The position numbers were made by a program, and so were the translations under genes. The notes beneath the pieces were generated by a model. That model had not been told where the DNA came from. It ran no database searches and saw only the letters and a list, made by a program, of their open reading frames with translations. A DNA stretch of 64,000 bases from Eledone cirrhosa (taxonomy: Eukaryota): contig OZ024743.1 in the NCBI GenBank assembly GCA_964016885.1, positions 131,006,001-131,070,000 on the forward strand. The letters run 5' to 3'. Shown one piece after another: positions 36,901 through 49,680 of this stretch. How positions within the stretch are numbered: the stretch's first letter is position 1; every line of letters starts with the position of its first letter.

Positions 36901-39900
36901 TATTAGGTGTTTGGTACTTGGTGCTTGGTGTTTGGTGTTTGGTGCTTGGTGTTTGGTGCTTGGTGTTTGGTGTTTGGTGCTTGGTGTTTGGTGCTTGGTA
37001 CTTGGTGCTTGGTGCTTGGTGTTAGGTGTTTGGTGCTTGGTGCTTGGTGTTTGGTTTTTGGTGCTTCGTGCTTGGTGTTTGGTGTTTGGTGCTTGCTGCT
37101 GGCTGCTTGGTGTTTGGTGCTTGGTGATTGGTGCTTGGTGTTTGCTGCTTGGTGTTTGGTGTTTGGTACTAGGTGCTTGGTGCTTGGTGTTTGGTGCTTG
37201 GTGCTTGGTGTTTGGTGCTTGGTGCTGGGTTCTGGGTGGTTGGTGTTTGGTGCTTGGTGTTTGGTGCTGGGTGCTTGGTGTTTGGTGCTTGGTGCTTGGT
37301 CTTTGGTGTTTGGTGTTTGGTGTTTGGGGCTTGGTGCTTGGTGCTTGGTGTTTGGTGCTTGGTGCTTGGTGTTTGGTGCTTGGTGCTTAGTGTTTGGTGC
37401 TAGGTGCTTGGGGTTTGGTGTTTGGTGCTTGGTGCTTAGTGTTTGGTGCTTGGTGCTTGGTGTTTGGTGTTTGGTGCTTGGTGCTTGGTGTTTGGTGTTT
37501 CCTGTTTGCTGTTTGGTGTTTGGTGTTTGGTGTTTGCTGTTTGGTGTCTGCTTTTTGGTGTTTGGTGTTTGCTGTATGTTATTTGCTGTTTGGTGCTTGG
37601 AGTTTGGTGTTTGGTGCTTGGTGCTTGGTGTTTTGTGTTTGGTGTTTGGTTTTTGGTGCTTGGTGCTTGGTGCTTGGTGCTTGGTCCTTGGTGTTTGGTG
37701 CTTGGTGCTTGGTGTTTGTACTTGGTGCTTGGTGCTTGGTGTTTGGTTCTTGGTTCCTTGTGTTTGGTACTTGGTGCTTGGTGCTTGGTGTTTGGTGCTT
37801 GGTGCTTGGTGTTTGGTGTTTGGTGTTTGGTGCTTGGTGCTTGGTGTTTGGTGCTTGGTGCTTGGTGCTGGGTGGTTGGTATTTGGTGCTTGGTGCTTGG
37901 TGTTTGGTGCTTGGTGCTTGGTGCTTGGTGTTTGGTGCTTCGTGCTTGGTGCTTGGTCTTTGGTGCTTGGTGTTTGGTGTTTGGTGCTTGGTGCTTTGTG
38001 TTTGGTGCTTGGTGATTAGTGTTTGGTGCTTGGTACTTGGTGTTTGGTGCTTGGTGTTTGGTGTTTGCTGTTTGGTGTTTGGTGTTTGGTGTTTGCTGTT
38101 TGGTGTCTGCTTTTTGGTGTTTGGTGTTTGCTGTATGGTGTTTGCTGTTTCGTGTTTGGTGTTTGCTGTTTGGTGTTTGGTGTTTGCTGTTTGGTGTTTG
38201 GTCTTTGGTGCTTGGTGTTTGGTGCTTGGTGCTTGGTGTTTGGTGTTTGGTGCTTGGTGTTTGGTGTTTGGTGCTTCGTGCTTGGTGCTTGGTGTTTGGT
38301 GCTTGGTGTCTGGTGCTTGGTGTTTGGTGTTATATGCTTGGTGTTTGGTGCTTGGTGCTTGGTGTTTGGTGTTTGGTTCTTGATGCTTGGTATTTGGTGC
38401 TTGGTGCTTGCTGCTTGGTGTTTGGTGCTTGGTGATTGATGCTTGGTGTTTGGTGCTTGGTGCTTGGTGTTTGGTGCTTGGTGTTTGGTGTTTGGTGCTT
38501 GGTGCTTGGTGTTTGGTACTTGGTGCTTGGTGCTTGGTGTTTGGTGCTTGGTGCTTGGTGTTTGGTGTTTGGTGTTTGGTGCTTGGTGCTTGGTGTTTGG
38601 TGCTTGGTGCTGGGTGGTTGGTGTTTGGTGCTTGGTGCTTGGTGTTCCGTGCTAGGTGCATGGTGCTTGGTGTTTGGTGCTTGGTGCTTGGTGCTTGGTC
38701 TTTGGTGTTTGGTGTTTAGTGCTTGGTGCTTGGTGCTTGGTGCTTGGTGCTTGGTGCTTGGTCCTTGGTGTTTGGTGCTTGGTGCTTGGTGTTTGGTGTT
38801 TGGTGCTTGGTGCTTGGTGCTTCGTGTTTGGTGTTTGGTGCTTGGTGTCTGGAGCTTGGTGTTTGGTGTTTGGTGCTTGGTGTTTGGTGTTTGGTGCTTG
38901 GTGCTTGGTGTTTGGTGCTTGGTGCTTGGTGTTTGTACTTGGTGCTTGGTGCTTGGTGTTTGGTGCTTGGTTCTTGGTGTTTGGTGCTTGGTGTTTGGAG
39001 CTTGGTGCTTGGTGTTTGGTGCTTGGTGCTTGGTGTTTGTACTTGGTGCTTGGTGCTTGGTGTTTGGTGCTTGGTTCTTGGTGTTTGGTGCTTGGTGTTT
39101 GGAGCTTGGTGCTTGGTGTTTGGTGCTTGGTGCTTGGTGTTTGGTGTTTGGTGCTTGGAGCTTGGTGTTTGGTGTTTGGTGCTTGGTGTTTGGTTTTTGG
39201 TGTTTGGTGCTTGGTGTTTGGTGCTTGGTGCTTGGTGTTTGGTGTTTGGTGTTTGATGCTTGGTGTTTTATGCTTGGTGCTTGGTGTTTGGTGCTTGGTG
39301 TTTGTATTTGGTGCTTGGTGCTTGGTGTTTTGAGCTTGGTTCTTGGTGTTTGGTGTTTGGTGCTTGGTACTTGGTGCTTGGTGTTTGGTGCTTGGTGCTT
39401 GGTGTTTGGTGTTTGGTGTCTGGTGCTTGGTGTTTGGTGTTTGGTGCTTGGTGTTTGGTGTTTGCTGCTTGGTGCTTGGTGTTTGTTGCTTGGTACTTGG
39501 TGCATGGTGTTTGGTGCTGGGTGCTTGGTGTTTGGTGCTTGGTGTTTGGTGCTTGGTGCTTGGTGTTTGGTGTTTGGTGTTTGATGCTTGGTGTTTTATG
39601 CTTGGTGCTTGGTGTTTGGTGCTTGGTGTTTGTACTTGGTGCTTGGTGCTTGGTGTTTTGTGCTTGATTCTTGGGGTTTGGTGTTTGGTGCTTGGTACTC
39701 GGTGCTTGGTGTTAGGTGTTTGGTGCTTGGTGCTTGGTGCTTGGTGTTTGGTCCTTGGTGCTTGGTGCTTGGTGTTTAGTGCTTGGTGCTTGGTGTTTGT
39801 TGTTTGGTGCTTTCTGTTTGCTGCTTGGTGTTATATGCTTGGTGTTTGGTGCTTGGTGCTTGGTGTTTGGTGTTTGGTTCTTGATGCTTGGTATTTGGTG

Positions 39901-40734
39901 CTTGGTGCTTGCTGCTTGGTGTTTGGTGCTTGGTGATTGATGCTTGGTGTTTGGTGCTTGGTGCTTGGTGTTTGGTTTTTGGTGCTAGGTGCTTGGTGCT
40001 TGGTGTTTGGTGCTTGGTGTTTGGTGTTTGGTGCTTGGTGCTTGGTGTTTGGTACTTGGTGCTTGGTGCTTGATGTTTGGTGCTTGGTGCTTGGTGTTTG
40101 GTGTTTGGTGTTTGGTGCTTGGTGCTTGGTGTTTGGTGCTTGGTGTTTGGTGCTTGGTGCTTGGTGCTTGGTGCTTGTTGCTTGGTGTTTGGTGCTTGGT
40201 GCTTGGTGTTTGGTGCTGGGTGCTTGGTGTTTGGTGTTTGGTGCTTGGTGCTTGGTGTTTGGTGTTTGGTGTTATATGCTTGGTGTTTGGTGCTTGGTGC
40301 TTGGTGTTTGGTGTTTGGTTCTTGATGCTTGGTATTTGGTGCTTGGTGCTTGCTGCTTGGTGTTTGGTGCTTGGTGATTGATGCTTGGTGTTTGGTGCTT
40401 GGTGCTTGGTGTTTGGTGCTTGGTGTTTGGTGTTTGGTGCTTGGTGCTTGGTGTTTGGTACTTGGTGCTTGGTGCTTGGTGTTTGGTGCTTGGTGCTTGG
40501 TGTTTGGTGTTTGGTGTTTGGTGCTTGGTGCTTGGTGTTTGGTGCTTGGTGCTGGGTGGTTGGTGTTTGGTGCTTGGTGCTTGGTGTTCCGTGCTAGGTG
40601 CATGGTGCTTGGTGTTTGGTGCTTGGTGCTTGGTGCTTGGTCTTTGGTGTTTGGTGTTTAGTGCTTGGTGCTTGGTGCTTGGTGCTTGGTGCTTGGTGCT
40701 TGGTCCTTGGTGTTTGGTGCTTGGTGCTTGGTGT
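25310..40734. repeat. Near-identical tandem duplication of a 7746-bp unit
   Basis: Constant 7746 offset from 25575/33321 through 26449/34195, 28462/36208, 30273/38019 to 32583/40329. Translations are identical apart from one change I noticed at ~34370 (TTGTTGT). Confidence 0.93.
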
Positions 40735-43700
40735 TTTTGTGTTTGGTGCTTGGTGCTTGGTGCTTCGTGTTTGGTGTTTGGTGCTTGGTGTCTGGAGCTT
40801 GGTGTTTGGTGTTTGGTGCTTGGTGTTTGGTGTTTGGTGCTTGGTGCTTGGTGTTTGGTGCTTGGTGCTTGGTGTTTGTACTTGGTGCTTGGTGCTTGGT
40901 GTTTGGTGCTTGGTTCTTGGTGTTTGGTGCTTGGTGTTTGGAGCTTGGTGCTTGGTGTTTGGTGCTTGGTGCTTGGTGTTTGTACTTGGTGCTTGGTGCT
41001 TGGTGTTTGGTGCTTGGTTCTTGGTGTTTGGTGCTTGGTGTTTGGAGCTTGGTGCTTGGTGTTTGGTGCTTGGTGCTTGGTGTTTGGTGTTTGGTGCTTG
41101 GAGCTTGGTGTTTGGTGTTTGGTGCTTGGTGTTTGGTTTTTGGTGTTTGGTGCTTGGTGTTTGGTGCTTGGTGCTTGGTGTTTGGTGTTTGGTGTTTGAT
41201 GCTTGGTGTTTTATGCTTGGTGCTTGGTGTTTGGTGCTTGGTGTTTGTATTTGGTGCTTGGTGCTTGGTGTTTTGAGCTTGGTTCTTGGTGTTTGGTGTT
41301 TGGTGCTTGGTACTTGGTGCTTGGTGTTTGGTGCTTGGTGCTTGGTGTTTGGTGTTTGGTGTCTGGTGCTTGGTGTTTGGTGTTTGGTGCTTGGTGTTTG
41401 GTGTTTGCTGCTTGGTGCTTGGTGTTTGTTGCTTGGTACTTGGTGCATGGTGTTTGGTGCTGGGTGCTTGGTGTTTGGTGCTTGGTGCTTGGTGTTTGTA
41501 CTTGGTGCTTGGTGCTTGGTGTTTGGTGCTTGGTTCTTGGTGTTTGGTGCTTGGTGTTTGGAGCTTGGTGCTTGGTGTTTGGTGCTTGGTGCTTGGTGTT
41601 TGTACTTGGTGCTTGGTGCTTGGTGTTTGGTGCTTGGTTCTTGGTGTTTGGTGCTTGGTGTTTGGAGCTTGGTGCTTGGTGTTTGGTGCTTGGTGCTTGG
41701 TGTTTGGTGTTTGGTGCTTGGAGCTTGGTGTTTGGTGTTTGGTGCTTGGTGTTTGGTTTTTGGTGTTTGGTGCTTGGTGTTTGGTGCTTGGTGCTTGGTG
41801 TTTGGTGTTTGGTGTTTGATGCTTGGTGTTTTATGCTTGGTGCTTGGTGTTTGGTGCTTGGTGTTTGTATTTGGTGCTTGGTGCTTGGTGTTTTGAGCTT
41901 GGTTCTTGGTGTTTGGTGTTTGGTGCTTGGTACTTGGTGCTTGGTGTTTGGTGCTTGGTGCTTGGTGTTTGGTGTTTGGTGTCTGGTGCTTGGTGTTTGG
42001 TGTTTGGTGCTTGGTGTTTGGTGTTTGCTGCTTGGTGCTTGGTGTTTGTTGCTTGGTACTTGGTGCATGGTGTTTGGTGCTGGGTGCTTGGTGTTTGGTG
42101 CTTGGTGTTTGGTGCTTGGTGCTTGGTGTTTGGTGTTTGGTGTTTGATGCTTGGTGTTTTATGCTTGGTGCTTGGTGTTTGGTGCTTGGTGTTTGTACTT
42201 GGTGCTTGGTGCTTGGTGTTTTGTGCTTGATTCTTGGGGTTTGGTGTTTGGTGCTTGGTACTCGGTGCTTGGTGTTAGGTGTTTGGTGCTTGGTGCTTGG
42301 TGCTTGGTGTTTGGTCCTTGGTGCTTGGTGCTTGGTGTTTAGTGCTTGGTGCTTGGTGTTTGTTGTTTGGTGCTTTCTGTTTGCTGCTTGGTGTTATATG
42401 CTTGGTGTTTGGTGCTTGGTGCTTGGTGTTTGGTGTTTGGTTCTTGATGCTTGGTATTTGGTGCTTGGTGCTTGCTGCTTGGTGTTTGGTGCTTGGTGAT
42501 TGATGCTTGGTGTTTGGTGCTTGGTGCTTGGTGTTTGGTTTTTGGTGCTAGGTGCTTGGTGCTTGGTGTTTGGTGCTTGGTGTTTGGTGTTTGGTGCTTG
42601 GTGCTTGGTGTTTGGTACTTGGTGCTTGGTGCTTGATGTTTGGTGCTTGGTGCTTGGTGTTTGGTGTTTGGTGTTTGGTGCTTGGTGCTTGGTGTTTGGT
42701 GCTTGGTGTTTGGTGCTTGGTGCTTGGTGCTTGGTGCTTGTTGCTTGGTGTTTGGTGCTTGGTGCTTGGTGTTTGGTGCTGGGTGCTTGGTGTTTGGTGT
42801 TTGGTGCTTGGTGCTTGGTGTTTGGTGTTTGGTGTTATATGCTTGGTGTTTGGTGCTTGGTGCTTGGTGTTTGGTGTTTGGTTCTTGATGCTTGGTATTT
42901 GGTGCTTGGTGCTTGCTGCTTGGTGTTTGGTGCTTGGTGATTGATGCTTGGTGTTTGGTGCTTGGTGCTTGGTGTTTGGTGCTTGGTGTTTGGTGTTTGG
43001 TGCTTGGTGCTTGGTGTTTGGTACTTGGTGCTTGGTGCTTGGTGTTTGGTGCTTGGTGCTTGGTGTTTGGTGTTTGGTGTTTGGTGCTTGGTGCTTGGTG
43101 TTTGGTGCTTGGTGCTGGGTGGTTGGTGTTTGGTGCTTGGTGCTTGGTGTTCCGTGCTAGGTGCATGGTGCTTGGTGTTTGGTGCTTGGTGCTTGGTGCT
43201 TGGTCTTTGGTGTTTGGTGTTTAGTGCTTGGTGCTTGGTGCTTGGTGCTTGGTGCTTGGTGCTTGGTCCTTGGTGTTTGGTGCTTGGTGCTTGGTGTTTG
43301 GTGTTTGGTGCTTGGTGCTTGGTGCTTCGTGTTTGGTGTTTGGTGCTTGGTGTCTGGAGCTTGGTGTTTGGTGTTTGGTGCTTGGTGTTTGGTGTTTGGT
43401 GCTTGGTGCTTGGTGTTTGGTGCTTGGTGCTTGGTGTTTGTACTTGGTGCTTGGTGCTTGGTGTTTGGTGCTTGGTTCTTGGTGTTTGGTGCTTGGTGTT
43501 TGGAGCTTGGTGCTTGGTGTTTGGTGCTTGGTGCTTGGTGTTTGTACTTGGTGCTTGGTGCTTGGTGTTTGGTGCTTGGTTCTTGGTGTTTGGTGCTTGG
43601 TGTTTGGAGCTTGGTGCTTGGTGTTTGGTGCTTGGTGCTTGGTGTTTGGTGTTTGGTGCTTGGAGCTTGGTGTTTGGTGTTTGGTGCTTGGTGTTTGGTT

Positions 43701-44640
43701 TTTGGTGTTTGGTGCTTGGTGTTTGGTGCTTGGTGCTTGGTGTTTGGTGTTTGGTGTTTGATGCTTGGTGTTTTATGCTTGGTGCTTGGTGTTTGGTGCT
43801 TGGTGTTTGTATTTGGTGCTTGGTGCTTGGTGTTTTGAGCTTGGTTCTTGGTGTTTGGTGTTTGGTGCTTGGTACTTGGTGCTTGGTGTTTGGTGCTTGG
43901 TGCTTGGTGTTTGGTGTTTGGTGTCTGGTGCTTGGTGTTTGGTGTTTGGTGCTTGGTGTTTGGTGTTTGCTGCTTGGTGCTTGGTGTTTGTTGCTTGGTA
44001 CTTGGTGCATGGTGTTTGGTGCTGGGTGCTTGGTGTTTGGTGCTTGGTGTTTGGTGCTTGGTGCTTGGTGTTTGGTGTTTGGTGTTTGATGCTTGGTGTT
44101 TTATGCTTGGTGCTTGGTGTTTGGTGCTTGGTGTTTGTACTTGGTGCTTGGTGCTTGGTGTTTTGTGCTTGATTCTTGGGGTTTGGTGTTTGGTGCTTGG
44201 TACTCGGTGCTTGGTGTTAGGTGTTTGGTGCTTGGTGCTTGGTGCTTGGTGTTTGGTCCTTGGTGCTTGGTGCTTGGTGTTTAGTGCTTGGTGCTTGGTG
44301 TTTGTTGTTTGGTGCTTTCTGTTTGCTGCTTGGTGTTATATGCTTGGTGTTTGGTGCTTGGTGCTTGGTGTTTGGTGTTTGGTTCTTGATGCTTGGTATT
44401 TGGTGCTTGGTGCTTGCTGCTTGGTGTTTGGTGCTTGGTGATTGATGCTTGGTGTTTGGTGCTTGGTGCTTGGTGTTTGGTTTTTGGTGCTAGGTGCTTG
44501 GTGCTTGGTGTTTGGTGCTTGGTGTTTGGTGTTTGGTGCTTGGTGCTTGGTGTTTGGTACTTGGTGCTTGGTGCTTGATGTTTGGTGCTTGGTGCTTGGT
44601 GTTTGGTGTTTGGTGTTTGGTGCTTGGTGCTTGGTGTTTG
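38325..44640. repeat. Three tandem copies of a derived 1942-bp unit (a fourth at ~30580-32520)
   Basis: Offsets 38387/40329 and 42151/44093 (1942). Private markers TTTGAGC, TTGATTC-TTGGGGT and TTGGTAC-TCGGTGC, plus the junction TTGCTGC-TTGGTGT-TATATGC at ~32075, 39820, 42383, 44325. Confidence 0.88.
40843..42082. repeat. 620-bp tandem duplication nested in the middle 1942-bp copy
   Basis: Offsets 41203/41823 and 41286/41906; 620 = 89 units minus three 6-bp units. Confidence 0.9.
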
Positions 44641-47600
44641 GTGCTTGGTGCTTGGTGCTGGGTGGTTGGTGTTTGGTGCTTGGTGCTTGGTGTTTCGTGC
44701 TAGGTGCATGGTGCTTGGTGTTTGGTGCTTGGTGCTTGCTGCTTGGTCTTTGGTGTTTGGTGTTTAGTGCTTGGTGCTTGGTGCTTGGTGCTTGGTCCTT
44801 GGTTTTTGGTGCTTGGTGCTTGGTGTTTGGTGCTTGGTGCTTGGTGCTTCGTGTTTGGTGTTTGGTGCTTGGTGTCTGGAGCTTGGTGTTTGGTGTTTGG
44901 TGCTTGGTGTTTGGTGTTTGGTGCTTGGTGCTTGGTGTTTGGTGCTTGGTGCTTGGTGTTTGTACTTGGTGCTTGGTGCTTGGTGTTTGGTGCTTGGTTC
45001 TTGGTGTTTGGTGCTTGGTGTTTGGAGCTTGGTGCTTGGTGTTTGGTGCTTGGTGCTTGGTGTTTGTACTTGGTGCTTGGTGCTTGGTGTTTGGTGCTTG
45101 GTGCTTGGTGTTTGGTGTTTGGTGCTTGGTGCTTGGTGTTTGGTGTTTGGTGCTTGGTGTTTGGTGTTTGGTGCTTGGTGCTTGGTGTTTGTTGCTTGGT
45201 ACTTGGTGCATGGTGTTTGGTGCTGGGTGCTTGGTGTTTGGTGCTTGGTGTTTGGTGCTTGGTGCTTGGTGTTTGGTGTTTGGTGTTTGATGCTTGGTGT
45301 TTTATGCTTGGTGCTTGGTGTTTGGTGCTTGGTGTTTGTAATTGGTGCTTGGTGCTTGGTGTTTTGTGCTTGGTTCTTGGTGTTTGGTGTTTGGTGCTTG
45401 GTACTTGGTGCTTGGTGTTAGGTGTTTGGTGCTTGGTGCTTGGTGTTTGGTGTTCGGTCCTTGGTGCTTGGTGCTTGGTGTTTAGTGCTTGGTGCTTGGT
45501 GTTTGTTGTTTGGTGCTTTCTGTTTGCTGCTTGGTGTTTGCTGCTTGGTGCTTGGTGCTTGGTGTTTGGTGTTTGGTGCTAGGTGCTTGGTGTTTGGTGT
45601 TTGGTGTTTGATGCTTGGTGTTTGGTGCTTGGTGTTTGGTGCTTGGTGCTTGGGGCTTGGTGTTTGGTGCTTGGTGCTTGGTGCTTGGTGTTTGGTGCTT
45701 GGTGCTTGGTGTTTGGTGTTTGGTGTTTGGTGCTTGGTGCTTGGTGTTCGGTGCTTGGTGCTTGGTGCTGGGTGGTTGGTATTTGGTGATTGGTGCTTGG
45801 TGCTTGGTGTTTGGTGCTTGGTGCTTGGTGCTTGGTCTTTGGTGCTTGGTGTTTGGTGTTTGGTGCTTGGTGCTTTGTGTTTGGTGCTTGGTGATTAGTG
45901 TTTGGTGCTTGGTACTTGGTGTTTGGTGCTTGGTGTTTGGTGTTTGCTGTTTGGTGTTTGGTGTTTGGTGTTTGCTGTTTGGTGTCTGCTTTTTGGTGTT
46001 TGGTGTTTGCTGTATGGTGTTTGCTGTTTCGTGTTTGGTGTTTGCTGTTTGGTGTTTGCTGTTTGGTGTTTGGTGTTTGCTGTTTGGTGTTTGGTCTTTG
46101 GTGCTTGGTGTTTGGTGCTTGGTGCTTGGTGTTTGGTGTTTGGTGCTTGGTGCTTGGTGCTTGGTGTTTGGTGCTTGGTGTCTGGTGCTTGGTGTCTGGT
46201 GCTTGGTGTTTGGTGTTTGGTGTTTGGTGCTTGGTGTTTGGTGTTTGGTGTTTGGTGTTTGGTGCTTGTTGCTTGGTGCTTGGTGCTTGGTGTTTGGTGC
46301 TTGGTGCTTGGTGTTTGGTGCTGGGTGCTTGGTGTTTGGTGCTTGGTGCTTGGTGCTTGGTGTTTGGTGTTTGGTGTTTTATGCTTGGTGTTTGATATTT
46401 GGTGCTTGGTGCTTGGTGTTTGGTGCTTGGTGCTTGGTGTTTGTACTTGGTGCTTGGTGCTTGGTTCATGGTGTTTGGTGCTTGGTGCTTGGTGCTTGGT
46501 GCTTGGTGTTTGGTGCTTGGTGTTTGGTGCTTGGTGTTTGGTGCTTGGTGCCTGGTGCTTGGTGCTTGGTGCTTGGTGTTTGGTGCTTGGTGTTTGCTGC
46601 TTGGTATTAGTTGTTTGGTGCTTGGTGCTTGGTGTTTGGTGTTTGGTGCTTGGTGTTTGGTGCTTGGTGTTTGGTGTTTGGTGCTTGGTGTTTGGTGCTT
46701 GGTACTTGGTGCTTGGTGCTTGGTGTTAGGTGTTTGGTGCTTGGTGCTTGGTGTTTGGTTTTTGGTGCTTCGTGCTTGGTGTTTGGTGTTTGGTGCTTGC
46801 TGCTGGCTGCTTGGTGTTTGGTGCTTGGTGATTGGTGCTTGGTGTTTGGTGCTTGGTGTTTGGTGTTTGGTACTAGGTGCTTGGTGCTTGGTGTTTGGTG
46901 CTTGGTGCTTGGTGTTTGGTGCTTGGTGCTGGGTTCTGGGTGGTTGGTGTTTGGTGCTTGGTGTTTGGTGCTGGGTGCTTGGTGTTTGGTGCTTGGTGCT
47001 TGGTCTTTGGTGTTTGGTGTTTGGTGTTTGGGGCTTGGTGCTTGGTGCTTGGTGTTTGGTGCTTGGTGTTTGGTGTTTGGTGCTTGGTGCTTGGTGTTTG
47101 GTACTTGGTGCTTGGTGCTTGGTGTTTGGTGCTTGGTGCTTGGTGTTTGGTGTTTGGTGTTTGGTGCTTGGTGCTTGGTGTTTGGTGCTTGGTGCTTGGT
47201 GCTGGGTGGTTGGTGTTTGGTGCTTGGTGCTTGGTGTTTCGTGCTAGGTGCATGGTGCTTGGTGTTTGGTGCTTGGTGCTTGCTGCTTGGTCTTTGGTGT
47301 TTGGTGTTTAGTGCTTGGTGCTTGGTGCTTGGTGCTTGGTCCTTGGTTTTTGGTGCTTGGTGCTTGGTGTTTGGTGTTTGGTGCTTGGTGCTTGGTGCTT
47401 CGTGTTTGGTGTTTGGTGCTTGGTGTCTGGAGCTTGGTGTTTGGTGTTTGGTGCTTGGTGTTTGGTGTTTGGTGCTTGGTGCTTGGTGTTTGGTGCTTGG
47501 TGCTTGGTGTTTGTACTTGGTGCTTGGTGCTTGGTGTTTGGTGCTTGGTTCTTGGTGTTTGGTGCTTGGTGTTTGGAGCTTGGTGCTTGGTGTTTGGTGC

Positions 47601-49680
47601 TTGGTGCTTGGTGTTTGTACTTGGTGCTTGGTGCTTGGTGTTTGGTGCTTGGTGCTTGGTGTTTGGTGTTTGGTGCTTGGTGCTTGGTGTTTGGTGTTTG
47701 ATGCTTGGTGTTTGGTGTTTGGTGCTTGGTGCTTGGTGTTTGTTGCTTGGTACTTGGTGCATGGTGTTTGGTGCTGGGTGCTTGGTGTTTGGTGCTTGGT
47801 GTTTGGTGCTTGGTGCTTGGTGTTTGGTGTTTGGTGTTTGATGCTTGGTGTTTTATGCTTGGTGCTTGGTGTTTGGTGCTTGGTGTTTGTAATTGGTGCT
47901 TGGTGCTTGGTGTTTTGTGCTTGGTTCTTGGTGTTTGGTGTTTGGTGCTTGGTACTTGGTGCTTGGTGTTAGGTGTTTGGTGCTTGGTGCTTGGTGTTTG
48001 GTGTTCGGTCCTTGGTGCTTGGTGCTTGGTGTTTAGTGCTTGGTGCTTGGTGTTTGTTGTTTGGTGCTTTCTGTTTGCTGCTTGGTGTTTGCTGCTTGGT
48101 GCTTGGTGCTTGGTGTTTGGTGTTTGGTGCTAGGTGCTTGGTGTTTGGTGTTTGGTGTTTGATGCTTGGTGTTTGGTGCTTGGTGTTTGGTGCTTGGTGC
48201 TTGGGGCTTGGTGTTTGGTGCTTGGTGCTTGGTGCTTGGTGTTTGGTGCTTGGTGCTTGGTGTTTGGTGTTTGGTGTTTGGTGCTTGGTGCTTGGTGTTT
48301 GGTGCTTGGTGCTTGGTGCTGGGTGGTTGGTATTTGGTGATTGGTGCTTGGTGCTTGGTGTTTGGTGCTTGGTGCTTGGTGCTTGGTCTTTGGTGCTTGG
48401 TGTTTGGTGTTTGGTGCTTGGTGCTTTGTGTTTGGTGCTTGGTGATTAGTATTTGGTGCTTGGTACTTGGTGTTTGGTGCTTGGTGTTTGGTGATTGCTG
48501 TTTGGTGTTTGGTGTTTGGTGTTTGCTGTTTGGTGTCTGCTTTTTGGTGTTTGGTGTTTGCTGTATGGTGTTTGCTGTTTCGTGTTTGGTGTTTGCTGTT
48601 TGGTGTTTGGTGTTTGCTGTTTGGTGTTTGGTCTTTGGTGCTTGGTGTTTGGTGCTTGGTGCTTGGTGTTTGGTGTTTGGTGCTTGGTGCTTGGTGCTTG
48701 GTGTTTGGTGCTTGGTGTCTGGTGCTTGGTGTCTGGTGCTTGGTGTTTGGTGTTTGGTGTTTGGTGCTTGGTGTTTGGTGTTTGGTGTTTGGTGTTTGGT
48801 GCTTGTTGCTTGGTGCTTGGTGCTTGGTGTTTGGTGCTTGGTGCTTGGTGTTTGGTGCTGGGTGCTTGGTGTTTGGTGCTTGGTGCTTGGTGCTTGGTGT
48901 TTGGTGTTTGGTGTTATATGCTTGGTGTTTGATGCTTGGTGCTTGGTGCTTGTTGTTTGGTGTTTGGTGCTTGGTGTTTTATGCTTGGTGTTTGATGTTT
49001 GGTGCTTGGTGCTTGGTGTTTGGTGCTTGGTGCTTGGTGTTTGTACTTGGTGCTTGGTGCTTGGTTCTTGGTGTTTGGTGCTTGGTGCTTGGTGCTTGGT
49101 GCTTGGTGTTTGGTGCTTGGTGTTTGGTGCTTGGTGTTTGGTGCTTGGTGCCTGGTGCTTGGTGCTTGGTGCTTGGTGTTTGGTGCTTGGTGTTTGCTGC
49201 TTGGTATTAGGTGTTTGGTGCTTGGTGCTTGGTGTTTGGTGTTTGGTGCTTGGTGTTTGGTGCTTGGTGTTTGGTGTTTGGTGCTTGGTGTTTGGTGCTT
49301 GGTACTTGGTGCTTGGTGCTTGGTGTTAGGTGTTTGGTGCTTGGTGCTTGGCGTTTGGTTTTTGGTGCTTCGTGCTTGGTGTTTGGTGTTTGGTGCTTGT
49401 TGCTGGCTGCTTGGTGTTTGGTGCTTGGTGATTGGTGCTTGGTGTTTGGTGCTTGGTGTTTGGTGTTTGGTACTAGGTGCTTGGTGCTTGGTGTTTGGTG
49501 CTTGGTGCTTGGTGTTTGGTGCTTGGTGCTTGGTGTTTGGTGCTTGGTGCTGGGTTCTGGGTGGTTGGTGTTTGGTGCTTGGTGTTTGGTGCTGGGTGCT
49601 TGGTGTTTGGTGCTTGGTGCTTGGTCTTTGGTGTTTGGTGTTTGGTGTTTGGGGCTTGGTGCTTGGTGCTTGGTGTTTGG
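44520..49680. repeat. Imperfect tandem duplication, offset ~2550-2600 bp
   Basis: Offsets 44704/47248, 45422/47973, 45583/48134, 46877/49477; shared markers TTGCTGC-TTGGTCT (~44735, ~47280) and TTGTAA. Confidence 0.75.
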
